Of a DNA stretch of 60,027 nucleotides, positions 25,301 through 38,188 are shown in pieces. The notes under the pieces were generated by a model. It made no database searches. It saw nothing but the letters and a program-made list of their open reading frames with translations, and was not told the origin of the DNA. Positions within the stretch are counted from its first letter, which is position 1, and each line of letters begins with the position of its first letter. The stretch lies in the NCBI GenBank assembly GCA_002269645.1, contig NIVC01004115.1, forward strand, positions 1 to 60,027, read 5' to 3'. A program made the position numbers and the translations under genes. Source of the stretch: Macrostomum lignano (Eukaryota).

Positions 25301-28300
25301 TTGGTATATGCTAGAGCTAAAATCCTATCATAGCTAAATGCATACCTATGTATGCCAAAAATGGAAAATTGCAATCTTTTAGATAACAATCACTAAGTAA
25401 AGTGACAACCAACTTTAAATATTTTAAATAGATAAAGTAGAGCTTTTAAAACTAATCTTATTACAAATAGTTTCTAGATATTCAAGAGTTTAAGCATTCA
25501 GGGAGCCAATGATTCTAGCACCTCTTTTATAAATTAGCACCTTAATGTATTGTATTAGTTTGGGATAACAATAACAATCATTATAATATGAAAATTTCCC
25601 TAAAATGATTATAAGTTGCAAAAGTATAGCTTTTCTTGTCTTTAGTCATGCTGAGTCTTAAACCATTTGTACATAAAAAATCGATAAAATCGAGCAATAG
25701 AAAAATAAAGCTCTAATTAAATATTTCTAAATCCCCACCTAGGCTACAGAATTTGCTGGAGTTCTGCACATCCACCTGGACTATTACCGGCAGAAGGATC
25801 CAAACCACTGTGACCAGGGCCTGCTTGCCATTAAGGATCTGTGCGATCCCTACTTCATTGTGACTGCTGGCCCTATCGGCAGGAGAGCTCTGACCAGCTT
25901 CGAGTCCAAGCCAGTGGACAATGCGCACCGAGTGCTTCAGTTTGGCAACAAAATCGGACAGCTCTCAAATCCGCTGCGATTCTGGTTTAAAGACTCTGAT
26001 GAACTGGGTGACCTGCTGGACATTAAGGTGCGGAGTTGATGCAGCTGCAGGGATGCTGGGGCTGAGTGGTGCAGACACTGATGGGCTGGGGATTGAGGTG
26101 CAGAGTTGATGCAGCTGCAGGGATGCTGGGGCTGAGTGGTGCAGACACTGATAAGCTGGGGATTGAGGTGTGAAGCTGATGCAGCTGCAGGGATGCTGGA
26201 TATTGAGGTGTTGAGCTGATGCAGCTGCAGGGATGCTGGAGCTGAGTGGTGCAGACACTGTTGAGCTGGGGATTGAGGTTTGGAGCTGATGCAGCTGCAG
26301 GGATGCTGGATATTGAGGTGTTAAGCTGATGCAGCTGCAGGGATGCTGGGGCTGAGTGGTGCAGACACTGATGAGCTGGGGATTGAGGTGTGAAGCTGAT
26401 GCAGCTGCAGGGATGCTGGGGCTGAGTGGTGCAGACACTGATAAGCTGTGCCTAATCCCAATCCTGACCTCTCCCACAGGTCACTGTGAAAGACCACGAC
26501 CCGCTGACCCCCGACGAGCTAATAGAGCAGTTCCGCTGGACGCTGCCGCTCGCCAACCTCACAACTGGGGTGCTGGACTCCCGCTTCATCGTCAGCTTCA
26601 ACGCAACGCAGCCGAGCTCCGCCCTGCTGACCGGCGCGCTGGCCAGGGGCGACCAGCTGTCCCTGCACGCCTGGGTCTCCTGCCGGCCTGGCCGCGCCGG
26701 CCCCGCCTGTCGAGTCGCCTGCACGCCCGGTCGGCCGGCCGAGGAGGGCGGCTTCGGCTGCGACTTGGCAACCGGCCAGCGCGTCTGCCTGCCCGGCTTC
26801 CTCGACCCCGACGCCGGCTGCTCGCGCCGCGACCCCTGCGCCGACGCCTCAGCGGCTTGCCAGCACGGCGGCATATGCGCGGCCAGCGACGCCGGTGACC
26901 GACCGGTCTGCCGCTGCCCGGAGGGCCTCGCCGGGCCCCGCTGCCAGACCGTCCTGCAGCCCTGCGGCGGCGCCGGCGGCCGCACCTGCATGCACGGCGT
27001 GTGCGTCGCAGCGCCGGCGGGGGCCTCGGGCGCCGGCCAGTGCGTGTGCGATACCGGGTATCAGGTGAGCGACCATGGATCTAGTTGAGATCTGTCTGAT
27101 CTATTTGGGATCTGTACGATCTATTTGGGATCTGTCTGATCTATTTGGGATCTGTCTGATCTATTTGGGATCTGTCCGATCTATTTGGGATCTGCCTGAT
27201 CTATTTGGGATCTGCCTGATCTATTTGGGATCTGTCCGATCTATTTGGGATCTGTCTGATATATTTGGGATCTATTTGGGATCTGCCTGATCTATTTGGG
27301 ATCTGTCCGATCTATTTGGGATCTGTCTGATATATTTGGGATCTATTTGGGATCTGTCCGATCTATTTGGGATCTTTCTGATATATTTAGGATCTATTTG
27401 GGATCTGTCCGATCTATTTGGGATCTGTCCGATCTATTTGCAATCTGTCTGATCTATTTGGGATCTGTCTGATCTATTTGGGATCTGTCCGATCTATTTG
27501 GGATCTGTCCGATCTATTTGGGATCTGTCCGATCTATTTGGGATCTGTCCGATCTATTTGGGATCTGTCTGATCTATTTGGGATCTGTCTAATCTATTTG
27601 GGATCTGTCCGATCTATTTGGGATCTGTCCGATCTATTTGGGATCTGTCTGATCCATTTGGGATCTGTCTGATCTATTTGGGATCTGTCTGATCTATTTG
27701 GGATCTGTCTGATCCATTTGGGATCTGTCTGATCTATTTGGGATCTGTCTGATCTATTTGGGATCTGTCTGATCTATTTTTCGTCACGATTCGCCCCATA
27801 ATTCACCCAGGGCGACCTCTGCGACCGCGACATCGACGAGTGCCGCCTGGTGTCGCCCTGCCAGCACGGTTCAACATGCGTCAACACCCGCGGTGGCTTC
27901 GAGTGCCGCTGCCAGCCGGGCTTCTCCGGCCGGCTCTGCCAGCTGCCGCCGATGCTGCTGCCGCCGCCGCAGCCGAAGCCGGTGGCCGCGTCAGCCCCCG
28001 ACACCGCGGTGAGTCATCATCAGTAACTCAATTAGGTCATAAGCGATACATACGTTGAAAGGTAAACGGCGAGAGTAACTTGCCTATATTTGGAAAGGTC
28101 ATATGCCTCGCCATCTAAGCACCAAAGATGCTTTCCTAGCTTTTTTCAATATTTCCAGTTTATTTTTCGTTTATAATTTTGTTTAAATTTGCGAAGCAAC
28201 AGAAGCATTGGAAAGAGCGTTTGCCGCTTCAGCCGCTTTTCTTAACCGGTTGATTAATCAAGATGAACGCAGAAAGTTGAAAGTGAGGGCTTAATTTAGA

Positions 28301-28946
28301 TTTCTTGGCCCCCACTAGGAGGTCAACGGGCAGCTGTTTATGCGCGCATAAAATGGAGTTTGCACTGCCGCCAACTCTGCATCGACTCGCGCTTTTGCCT
28401 GTTAATTAGGTCTCATTACACTACTTATCTAAATAAGTAGCATTGTAAGCGCATTGCTGTCTTTATTTGGTCTTACTGGTCATAAAATGAACTCAATAAT
28501 GGGTTCGATTGATTCCGCAGTCCGCCGGCTCCGCCACGATGCTGACGGCCGTCCTGCTATCCGTGATTGCCGTGCTGGCACTGGCCCTGCTCTTCGTGCT
28601 GCTGCTGCTGCTGCGGAGGCGCCGGCGCGCTGATGACAGCCCCCGGTTTGCCGCGGTTTTCACGCGTCGGCCAGCTGGCAAAGTTCGCGGCGGCGGCAGC
28701 GAAAGCCAGAGCTGCTACGACTCCATCGAGGACCTGCCGCTGCAGCAGGCCGGCGAGAATCCCTACGAACCGGACTATGGGGATAATTTTCCCAATGCCG
28801 CCTACGCCGTTGAAACGGCCCCGCCGCTGCCGCAGGCGAGACAGTCGCCGCCGCCGCCACCGCCGCCCCGCCTGTCCGCCACCCAGCCGACGTCCTGTTG
28901 CGGAGACTCACCAGCAGAGGACTCGCAGTCCAACTGCTACGTCTGA
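22306..28946 (+). CDS. Delta/Serrate-like Notch ligand: signal peptide, MNNL/C2, DSL, 3 EGF, TM, cytoplasmic tail ending in CYV (5 exons)
   Basis: Exons 22306-22398 (MSGC...FIAFVLVNLFALDLAYRPK|GTAAGT; least certain), 25743-26027 (CDPYFIV...SNPLRFWF, MNNL-like), 26480-27064 (DSL-like CRPGRAGPACRVACTPG...CDLATGQRVCLPGF plus 2 EGF), 27811-28008 (calcium-binding EGF DIDEC...CVNTRGGFECRC), 28521-28946 (TM, RRRRR stop-transfer, tail). All junctions phase 0. Confidence 0.8.
24609..24730. repeat. Fold-back inverted repeat (probable MITE remnant)
   Basis: aaaaattagactt...acaagcaaagggataaatagggatt pairs with aatccctattatccccttgcttgt...aagtctaattttt. Confidence 0.7.
26030..26450. repeat. GC-rich intronic tandem repeat (tgatgcagctgcagggatgctg core)
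   Basis: Fills intron 2 of the Delta-like gene. Confidence 0.9.
27085..27777. repeat. 20-bp minisatellite GATCTATTTGGGATCTGTCC
   Basis: Fills intron 3 of the Delta-like gene. Confidence 0.95.
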
Positions 28947-29079
28947 AACCTAAACACGATTTCTGCTTGCCTAAAAGAAGGCGAGGTATCACCATAGCAA
29001 CCGTGAAAATCTCAATGACATCCATGAAATTTTCACTGTAAAACCCCATTAAGTTCTGAAAAAATCTCGCTACCCATGG

Positions 29080-29460
29080 AAACCAAAAAGCTAGCCATGG
29101 GAACAATAAAGCTAGCCATGGCAACCATAGAGCTACCCATAGCAACCATAAAGCTACCCATAGCAACTATAAAGCTACCCATGGGAACCATAAAGCTAGC
29201 CATGGAAACCAAAAAGCTATCCATAGCAACAAGAAAGCTACCCATGGAAACCAAAAAGCTATCCATAGCAACAAGAAAGCTACCCATGGAAACCATAAAG
29301 CTATCCATAGCAACCATAGAGCTACCCATAGGAACCATAAAGCTACCCATAGCAACTATAAAGATACCCATAGCAACTATAAAGCTACCCATGGGAACCA
29401 TAAAGCTAGCCATGGAAACCAAAAAGTAGCCATGGAAACCATAAAGCTACCCATAGCAAG
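29080..29460. repeat. 21-bp minisatellite (ccatagcaaccataaagctac-like)
   Basis: Downstream of the Delta-like stop codon. Confidence 0.9.
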
Positions 29461-30209
29461 GATATAAATTCGACTGACTCAACATAAGCAGCTACGGATT
29501 GCTCGGTTGATTTTTTTTAATTTATTGATATAGAATCCTCGCAATTGATTTGTTTGTTTTCTTCTACCTCCCAGGTGTAAAAAGTTTCCATTGGCCGAAA
29601 CCATCGAATTTCGCAGTACTTTATGAACCTTCTAAACTGGCAGATATTTTATTTACATTCTGATTTGCTTGAAACCGCTGAATGAATGAACTGCTTGCTT
29701 ACCTCGAAGCACATTTTTATTGCTTGAATGCGTGTTGTGCTGATATTTTTGCACACTAAATCCGAATATTAATCATTGCATGTTGAAATACATATTGAGC
29801 CACTACTAATATTAGTGCTAAAAAGCACTGGTTTTACACTCAGATTTTTCACCACGAAGTTGGCTTAATGCAAGCCTTTGACTATGGCTTTTGTTCTTAA
29901 TCTGCGCTCGTATGCATACTTGCACGAGTATACAACTTGCTGGAAGTTGAGATGAGGTGTCCTCAGCTGGAGATGAGGTGTCCTCAGCTGGAGATAAGGT
30001 GACCTTGGCTTGAGATGAGGTGTCCTTAGCTGGAGATGAGGTGGCCTCGGCTGGAGATGAGGTGTCCTCGGCTGGAGATGAGGTGTCCTCAGCTGGAGAT
30101 GAGGTGTCCTCAGCTGGAGATGGTGTCCTCAGCTGGAGATGAGGTGTCCTTAGCTGGAGATGGTGTCCTCAGCTGGAAATGAGGTGTCCTCAGCTGGAGA
30201 TGAGGTGTC

Positions 30210-32362
30210 TATTGTATTTCCAACGAATGCAAATGTAAATGCTTATTTTATATCTATGGCTCAGTCATGCTTCAATATACAGATAAGTGAGTCGCAGCCC
30301 CAGAGGCTGATCATTTTTCTTTTCTAGCACAAGAGCTAGTACATCAGTAATACAACATTGGTGACAGCGGTAAAAGCGCACTTGGCGCGAAAGTGCATCT
30401 CCGCTGCAGGACAGAGGTGGCACACCAAATATGAGCCTACTACCTCAGCCATCTCCGTTCGACCCGGAAAAGGATCCATCGAACGTGGCGAAAAGATGGG
30501 AGGACTACCTACAGGAAATCACGCTGTGGTTGGACGCCTGCGGAATAACAGACGACAAAAGAAAGCGATCTGCATTTCTGCTCTGTGCCGGTGTGAAAGT
30601 TCGAAAAATACTAGAAAACCTGGACAACACAGGATCTGACTTCAAAACGGCTCAGACCCGACTGGACGAGTACTTCAAGGACGGAACAAACGTGGTATAC
30701 GAAACCTTCAACCTGCTGCAAATCAGGCAAAAGGAAGGTGAGGCCATTGACTCTTTCCATGGCCGACTGCGGGAAGCAGCGAAATACTGCGACCTAGAGG
30801 TATCAACCACTGATGCAACAACCAAACTGTCCTATGAAGACCGAATAATTCGCGATCTTGTAGTCCTAAACTGCAACTCAAACAGCCTCAGACGGAAGCT
30901 CATCCAAGAAGGGTCAACTCTGACTCTGAAGAGAGCTATCGAAATAGGAAGATGCTTCGAATCGACGAACAGCCAGAGCGGAGTCATTGAGAAGCACTTC
31001 TCCGACCCGAGCACCGTCAATTCAGTTGGACAGTCCAAAGGACCAAGAAGATTCCCTAAATCGAAGAAAACTGGAATTGACAGCAAGCAGTTTCTCAGAA
31101 GAAAGTCCAGTGCTCGCGATGTCTGTAGCCGCTGTGGAAGAAGCTCACATACAGCAGAAAACTGCTATGCGCGCAACGATACTTGCAAGAAGTGCAATAA
31201 GGTGGGACATCATGCCAAGATGTGCAGAACCAAACTACCAACCAAAAGTAAACTTCAAGTTTACGAAACGAAAGAATCGGGCGTGACTGAATCGTCAGAC
31301 TTAGAGGAGATTCATACGATAGCAAGCGTCAGCGCGAAGAACGGTGCAACAAAGCAAGCTGTCATCAACGGCAGAAAATGCGATGTACTAATTGACTCGG
31401 GCTCCAATCTAAATCTAATATCCTACAACACAGTTGCTAAAATGGTGAGTCCGGATCAGATTAACTCGAGATCACATATCAAGATTTGGTCGTACGGGGC
31501 CAGGACCCCCATCGAAACCCAAGGCACAGTACATCTGGAAGTTACTCTCAACGAAAGTACACAGCAAATGAAGTTTCACATAACTCCAGTAAAGGATGCA
31601 CGCACTATTATCGGATTTGAGGACGCCTTCAAGCACGGTTTCCTGACATGGGGCTCGGATAAAAGCTGCCTTCATATCGAGAACATTCAGCAGCCAACGC
31701 AAGTGATTCTGGAAGAGTTCAAGGATGTCTTCCGTGGAATAGGAAAACTCAAAGACAGCAAAGTTAAGATTCGCCTGAAGGAGAACGCCAATCCTATTGT
31801 TCATCCACCATCGCGTATACCAGCACACCTTCACCAGAAACTGCCGAAGAACTAGAAGGGCAGTTAAGAGAGGACATAATCGAGCCAGTCAAGGGAACTA
31901 CTGAATGGGTGTCAAGAATAGTGGCTGTTCCGAAGGCCAACGGTAAATTGAGAGCCACGGTTGATCTCAGAGACCTAAACAAAGCTACTAGGAAGGAGCA
32001 CTATCCACTGCCCAGCATCGACGAACAACTGATTAACGTTGGCGATGCTAAGTACTTCTCCTACTTGGATGGCAATAAAATGTTTCATCAGCTAGAACTG
32101 CACGAAGACTCCAGGATGCTCACGACATTTTCAACAGGCCTGAAAGACTGGCCACTTATGAGATATAAGAGACTACCAATGGACTGGGTGAACTCATCGT
32201 TTGCACTCCAATCGGAAATGCATCAAGTTCTTGCTGGCATTTCAGGAGTTCTGAATATCCAGGATATCCAGAATATCCAGGATATGATATCCAGTTCTGA
32301 ATACCCAGAGGCTGATCATTTTTCTTTTCTAGCACAAGAGCTAGTACACCAATAATACAACA
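30210..32362 (+). mobile_element. Internally deleted Ty3/gypsy (Mag-like) LTR retrotransposon
   Basis: 5' LTR 30210-30357 (TATTGTATT...AATACAACA inverted ends); PBS TGGTGACAGCGGT 30359-30371 (tRNA-Leu-like); only the last ~59 bp of the 3' LTR remain (32304-32362); TSD GTGTC at 30205-30209 and 32363-32367. Confidence 0.9.
30431..32260 (+). pseudogene. gag-pro-RT of the LTR element, frameshifted near 31840 and truncated at the RT catalytic motif
   Basis: Two CCHC knuckles (CSRCGRSSHTAENC, CKKCNKVGHHAKMC), protease LIDSGS, RT motifs VAVPKANGKLR/VDLRDLNK/YLDG/YKRLPM; breaks at GVLNIQD; no RNase H or integrase. Confidence 0.9.
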
Positions 32363-33099
32363 GTGTCCTTAGCTGGAGATGGTGTCCTCGGCTAATGATG
32401 AGGTGTCCTTAGCTGGAGATGAGGTGAGGTGTCCTCAGTTGAAGAAGAGGTGTCCTCAGCTGGAGATGAGGTGTCCTTAGCTTGAGATGGTGTCCTCCGC
32501 TGGAGAAGAGGTGTCCTTAGCTAGAGATGAGGTGTCCTTAGCTAGAGATGGGGTGTCCTTAGCTAGAGATGGGGTGTCCTCAGCTGAGATGGTGTTTTCC
32601 ACTCAGCTGAGGTGTGACCAGGGATGACCTGTTTGCAAAAAAATAAAGAAGTCACCAAAACAAGTCTGCCAGACTGACCTTTTGAAAAGTTCAGATGTTT
32701 CTCAAACGGAGCAGTGGAACTCAACCAGGTGATCGACTTCAAGCTTTATTTGCATTGGGATGGTTGAACAAATAAATCTGAGATGCGACTAAAAATAATC
32801 AACAGGAACAAAGTCAGGCGGGCCAGAGGAGGCGGTTTGGGATTCAAAAAATGCAGTTCCTCACTCAAGAGCCATCAAGCCCGCCAAACAGGTCGGTGAA
32901 AAACAAAGCCACAGTTCTCGGGATAAAAATAGTTTAAGAACTAATTTTCCACAAGACATTCAGTTAAAGCGTATTTTGTACTAAAAACAACAAACTCCTT
33001 TGTTGAACAGATACGGCATTACCATCAGATTGAAATGCTGCGAGTGGATGCGAATAATCCCAGAAGTTGGGATTCCCAGATGGAAAATACCGGAAGTTG

Positions 33100-34715
33100 G
33101 GATTATGGATTAGGAATTCCAGGTATCTCAAAATCTGGGAATTTTCCCGGCATTGGGATCCTAGATGGGGATTTCCCAGCATTGGGATTCTAGATGGGGA
33201 TTTCCGGCATTGGGATTCTAGATGGGGATTTCCCAGCATTGGGATTCTAGATGGGGATTTCCGGCATTGGGATTCTAGATGGGGATTTCCCGGCATTGGG
33301 ATTCTAGATAGGGATTTCCCAGCATTGGGATTCTAGATGGGGATTTCCCAGCATTGGGATTCTAGATGAGGATCTCATGGCATGGGATTCTAGATGGGGA
33401 TTTCCGGCATTGGGATTCTAGATGGGGATTTCCCGGCATTGGGATTCTAGATAGGGATTTCCCAGCATTGGGATTCTAGATGGGGATTTCCCAGCATTGG
33501 GATTCTAGATGGGGATTTCCCAGCATTGGGATTCTAGATGAGGATCTCATGGCATTGGGATTCTAGATGGGGATTTCCGGCATTGGGATTCTAGATGGGG
33601 ATTTCCCAGCATTGGGATTCTAGATGGGATTTCCCAGCATTGGGATTCTAGATGGGGATTTCCCGGCATTGGGATCCTAGATGGGGATTTCCCAGCATTG
33701 GGATTCTAGATGGGGATTTCCCGGCATTGGGATTCTAGATGGGGATTTCCCGGCATTGGGATTCTAGATGGGGATTTCCCAGCATTGGGATTCTAGATGG
33801 GATTTCCCAGCATTGGGATTCTAGATGGGGATTTCCCGGCATTGGGATCCTAGATGGGGATTTCCCAGCATTGGGATTCTAGATGGGGATTTCCCGGCAT
33901 TTGGATTCTAGATAGGGATTTCCTGGCATTGGGATTCTAGGTGGGGATTTCACAAAATTAGGATTATAAATGGGGATTTCCCGGCATTGGGATTCTAGGT
34001 AGGGATTTCACAAAATTAGGATTATAAATGGGGATTTCCCAGCATTGGGATTCTAGATGGGGATTTCCGGCATTGGGATTCTAGATGGGGATTTCCCAGC
34101 ATTGGGATTCTAGATGAGGATCTCATGGCATTGGGATTCTAGATGGGGATTTCCGGCATTGGGATTCTAGATGGGGATTTCCCGGCATTGGGATTCTAGA
34201 TAGGGATTTCCCAGCATTGGGATTCTAGATGGGGATTTCCCAGCATTGGGATTCTAGATGGGGATTTCCCAGCATTGGGATTCTAGATGAGGATCTCATG
34301 GCATTGGGATTCTAGATGGGGATTTCCGGCATTGGGATTCTAGATGGGGATTTCCCAGCATTGGGATTCTAGATGGGATTTCCCAGCATTGGGATTCTAG
34401 ATGGGGATTTCCCGGCATTGGGATCCTAGATGGGGATTTCCCAGCATTGGGATTCTAGATGGGATTTCCCAGCATTGGGATTCTAGATGGGGATTTCCCG
34501 GCATTGGGATCCTAGATGGGGATTTCCCAGCATTGGGATTCTAGATGGGGATTTCCCGGCATTTGGATTCTAGATAGGGATTTCCTGGCATTGGGATTCT
34601 AGGTGGGGATTTCACAAAATTAGGATTATAAATGGGGATTTCCCGGAATTGGGATTCTAGGTGGGGATTTCACAAAATTAGAATTATAAATGGGGATTTC
34701 CCGGCATTGGGATTC
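33100..34715. repeat. ~31-bp minisatellite GCATTGGGATTCTAGATGGGGATTTCCCA with higher-order duplication
   Basis: Direct inspection; lies downstream of the helicase stop codon. Confidence 0.95.
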
Positions 34716-34793
34716 TACCAGCGCAATTCCACTATGCACCTGAAAACCCCAATCCAGCAGACACAAGCAGCAAAGCGACTGAAAATGGCAGTC

Positions 34794-37633
34794 CTAGAAA
34801 TTGTACCGCTTCCCCGCCCGCCGATGCTGCGGCTGCTCTTGGCGGGGGCCCCGGCTGCGCCAGACCGCCTGCTTGAAGTTGGGCACGCCGGCCGGGCCTC
34901 GGTTCGGCTTTCGGGTCACCCAGCCGTCATCCTCAGCTTCCTCGCTGGTCTCCCGATAGTTGACAAGGAAGTCGGGCACCTGCTGCTTGCACGCCTGCAG
35001 GACTTGGAGCAGGCCTTTGCGAATGTCGCCAATGCGGAGGTCGCCGCTGTCCAAGAAGGTGACGGCCCGGCCCGGGCGGCCCAGGCGGCCGGTGCGACCG
35101 ACCCGGTGGATGTACTGGTCCATGTACATCGGGGCGTCGAAGTTCACCACCAGGCCGACGCCGGGCAGGTCGAGGCCTCTGGCGGCCACGTCTGTGGCGA
35201 TGAGCACGGAGCTGCGGCCGGACTTGAAGCTCTGCAGAGACAGCTGGCGGGACTGCGGGACGGAGACGAGCAAAACTTCTGGGTTTCCATTCTCATGCAA
35301 ACAAACCAAGAGTTTGTCTATTTTTAGAAACCTAGAATTTGGGAATTAGTAGGTGAATAGTAGGAATAGGAGTAATGGGATTCTCTGTAGCGGGATTCTC
35401 TGTAGCGAGATTTCCTGTAGTGGGATTCCCTGTAGTGGGATTCCCTGAAGTGGGATTCCCTGTAGCGGGATTCCTGCAGCGGGATTCCCTGTAGTGGGAT
35501 TCCCTGTAGTGGGATTCCCTGTAGTGGGATTCCCTGTAGTGGGATTCCCTGTAGTGGGATTCCCTGTAGTGGGATTCCCTGTAGCGGGATTCCTGCAGCG
35601 GGATTCCCTGTAGTGGGATTCTCTGTAGCGGAATTCCCTGCAGCGGGATTCCCTGCAGCGGGATTCCCTGCAGCGGGATTCCCTGCAGCGGGTTTCCCTG
35701 AAGTGGGATTCCCTGTAGTGGAATTCCCTGTAGCGAGATTCCCTGTAGCGGGATTCTCTGTGCCCGATTCATCGCAAAACAAAGATCAAACGCTGCCTAG
35801 CTGAGCTCCGCAGCATCGCAGACGCCATCCTCCCCATCTCGGACTCACGTGCTGCTTCATATCGCCGTGGATGGTCGCAGCGGAGAAGCCACCAGCCAGC
35901 AGGCGGCGGTGCAGCCGGTCGGCCCCGGCTTTGGTCCGCACAAACAGCAGGCAGCGCTCGCCTTCACCGAGTTCGGCCAGAAGGCGCTGCAAAGCCTCCA
36001 AGCGCTGAGCTTCGCCCCGGCTGATCAGGCGGAGCTCCTGGCTGATGCCGGCCGGCACGGGTCCGGACTCGGCCCGGCCAGCCCGGACAGAGACGCAGTC
36101 GTCCGGACGCATCAGATTTTGAACTATTCGGTTCACGTCCGATGGGAAGGTGGCCGAGTACAGCGAAGTCTGCCGGTCGGCCGAGGGCGGCATGCCAAAC
36201 TCCCTGCTGCTGACGATTCTGCGGATGTCGCGCTCGAAGCCCATGTCCAGGCAGCGGTCGGCCTCGTCCAGCACCAGCTGGCGGCAGGCCGTCAGCGACA
36301 GGATGCCGCGCTGCATGAAGTCCAGCAGGCGGCCCGGCGTGGCCACGGCAATGTGCAGGCCTTCGGTCAGGATCTGCGTAGGGGATTGGTATTATCACAG
36401 CACTGGCATGATCACAGCATTGGCATGATCACAGCACTGGCATGATCACAGCACTGGCATGATCACAGCACTAGCATGATCACAGCACTGGCATGATCAC
36501 AGCACTGGCATGATCACAGCACTGGCATGATCACAGCACTGGCATGATCACAGCACTGGCATGATCACAGCACTGGCATGATCACAGCACTAGCATGATC
36601 ACAGCACTGGCATGATCATGGCAATAGCATGATCACAGCATTGGCACACAACACATGACCACACAGCATGACACACACGACCACACAGCATGACACACAC
36701 ATGACCACACAGCATGACACACACATGACCACACAGCATGACACACATGACCACACAGCATGACACACATGACCACACAGCATGACCACACATCATGACA
36801 CACATGACGACACAGGATGACACACATGACCACACATCATGACACACATGACGACACAGGATGACACACATGACCACATAACATGACACACATGACCACA
36901 CAGGATGACACACATGACCACACATCATGACACACATGACGACACAGGATGACACACATGACCACATAGCATGACACACATGACCACACAGGATGACACA
37001 CATGACCACATAGCATGACACACATGACCACACAGCATGGCACACACATGACCACACATAATGACACACATGACCACACAGCATGACACACATGACCACA
37101 TAGCATGACCAGTCAAACAATAACCACCCCCCACTGACCCTCTGCCGCATGGGCTCGGGACTGAGGCCGCCCACCAGCAGGCCGCAGCTGATCCTGGTGA
37201 AGCAGGTGAGGCGAAGCAGGTCGGCGAGGATCTGCTGCGCCAGCTCCCTAGTCGGGCAGATGATGAGGCCGCTAGGATACTGGGTGAGCTCATCGGCCTC
37301 CCTAACCAGCTCCATAGCCTGGGCAGGATAGTTGGCAGCCAGCCGGCTGACCAGGGGCACCAGGTAGGCCAGGGTCTTGCCGCTGCCCGTCTCCGCCTGC
37401 ACCGTGGCGTCCAGGCCGGCCAGGCCGACCGGCACCGCGCCGCGCTGCACAGGCGTCATCTCGTCCACCCCCATGCGGCCGAGCGCCTCCAGCACGCGGG
37501 GCTCCAGCGAGTCGGCCAGCTGGCTGAACCGGACAGCCGAGCTGTTGGCAGGCGAGAAGGCGCCCGACTCAACCGGGCGGCCCGAGTGGGTGAGCGGCAC
37601 CTGCGCAAAGTGGACTCGGGCCGCCTCCGACAT
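34794..37633 (-). CDS. DEAD-box RNA helicase, DDX3/PL10/Vasa-like (3 exons, ~492 aa from the first in-frame ATG)
   Basis: Exons 37633(?)-37139, 36373-35849, 35252-34794, phase 0 junctions. Motifs Q (MTPVQ), I (AETGSGKT), Ia (PTRELA), GG, TPGR, DEAD, SAT, ARGLD, HRVGRTGR; MPPSADRQT resembles the DDX3 insert. The ORF-track start at 37855 is TTG, so the N-terminus is uncertain. Confidence 0.9.
35380..35760. repeat. 15-bp minisatellite GGGATTCCCTGTAGT in helicase intron 2
   Basis: Direct inspection. Confidence 0.95.
36393..37110. repeat. Two adjacent minisatellites (17-bp ATCACAGCACTGGCATG; ~22-bp CATGACACACATGACCACACAG) in helicase intron 1
   Basis: Direct inspection. Confidence 0.95.
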
Positions 37634-37914
37634 GCCGCCACCGCCGCCGCCGCCGCCGTCCGACTCGATGTCGCTGTTGAGATTTTTGGTGTCGGACCAG
37701 AGACTGGCCGGCCGCTCCACTCGGGCACCCCAGCTCTCCGCTCTCACCAGGCCGCTGGTGGACCGGCGCAGGCCGCCTCCGCCGCCGCCTCTGCCTCTGT
37801 TGTTGTGAAGCGCTCTGGTCAGCAGCGACCAGATGAGCCGCTGATGAGGATGCAACTTGCTCAGGGGATGCAGCGGGTGGCGGGCGGAATTTGGTGGTCA
37901 AATTCGTTCTATAA

Positions 37915-38188
37915 TCTAATAATAATAAATAATAATTGATTGCACCTGCCCCAATTGCGCGGCGCATCTGAAAGCTGCGTATAGCTGCACAGTCCCAGGA
38001 CTGGGGGTCGCCTCACACACCCTCAATTACCCCAGCTAATGCTGGCACCCATTTTACAGCTGGGTGAACTGAAGCCATGTAGAGTTGAGTGTCTTGCTCA
38101 AGCAAGAACACAAACTGTTTTACAGTTGGATCAGGGATCGAAACCCCAACCTTCAGGTTGTGAGTCCTAGTGCACAACCTACAATGCC
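37915..38188 (-). mobile_element. tRNA-derived SINE, CORE-like, copy 1
   Basis: Minus strand: B-box-like GGTTTCGATCCC, then TTGAGCAAGACACT and CACCCAGCTGTAAAATGGG (CORE-like), ending in a (TTA)n tail; body shared with the copy at ~43158-43382. Confidence 0.75.

Larger units (their letters stand above)
29955..32600. repeat. 21-bp minisatellite AGCTGGAGATGAGGTGTCCTC split in two by the LTR element
   Basis: The same unit occurs at ~29955-30209 and ~32363-32600, on both sides of the insertion. Confidence 0.9.

Noticed and set aside
37634-37855. Mitochondrial presequence MHPHQRLIWSLLTRALH on the helicase
   Set aside because: The first codon is TTG, with an in-frame TGA upstream and no ATG; it cannot be supported without cDNA.
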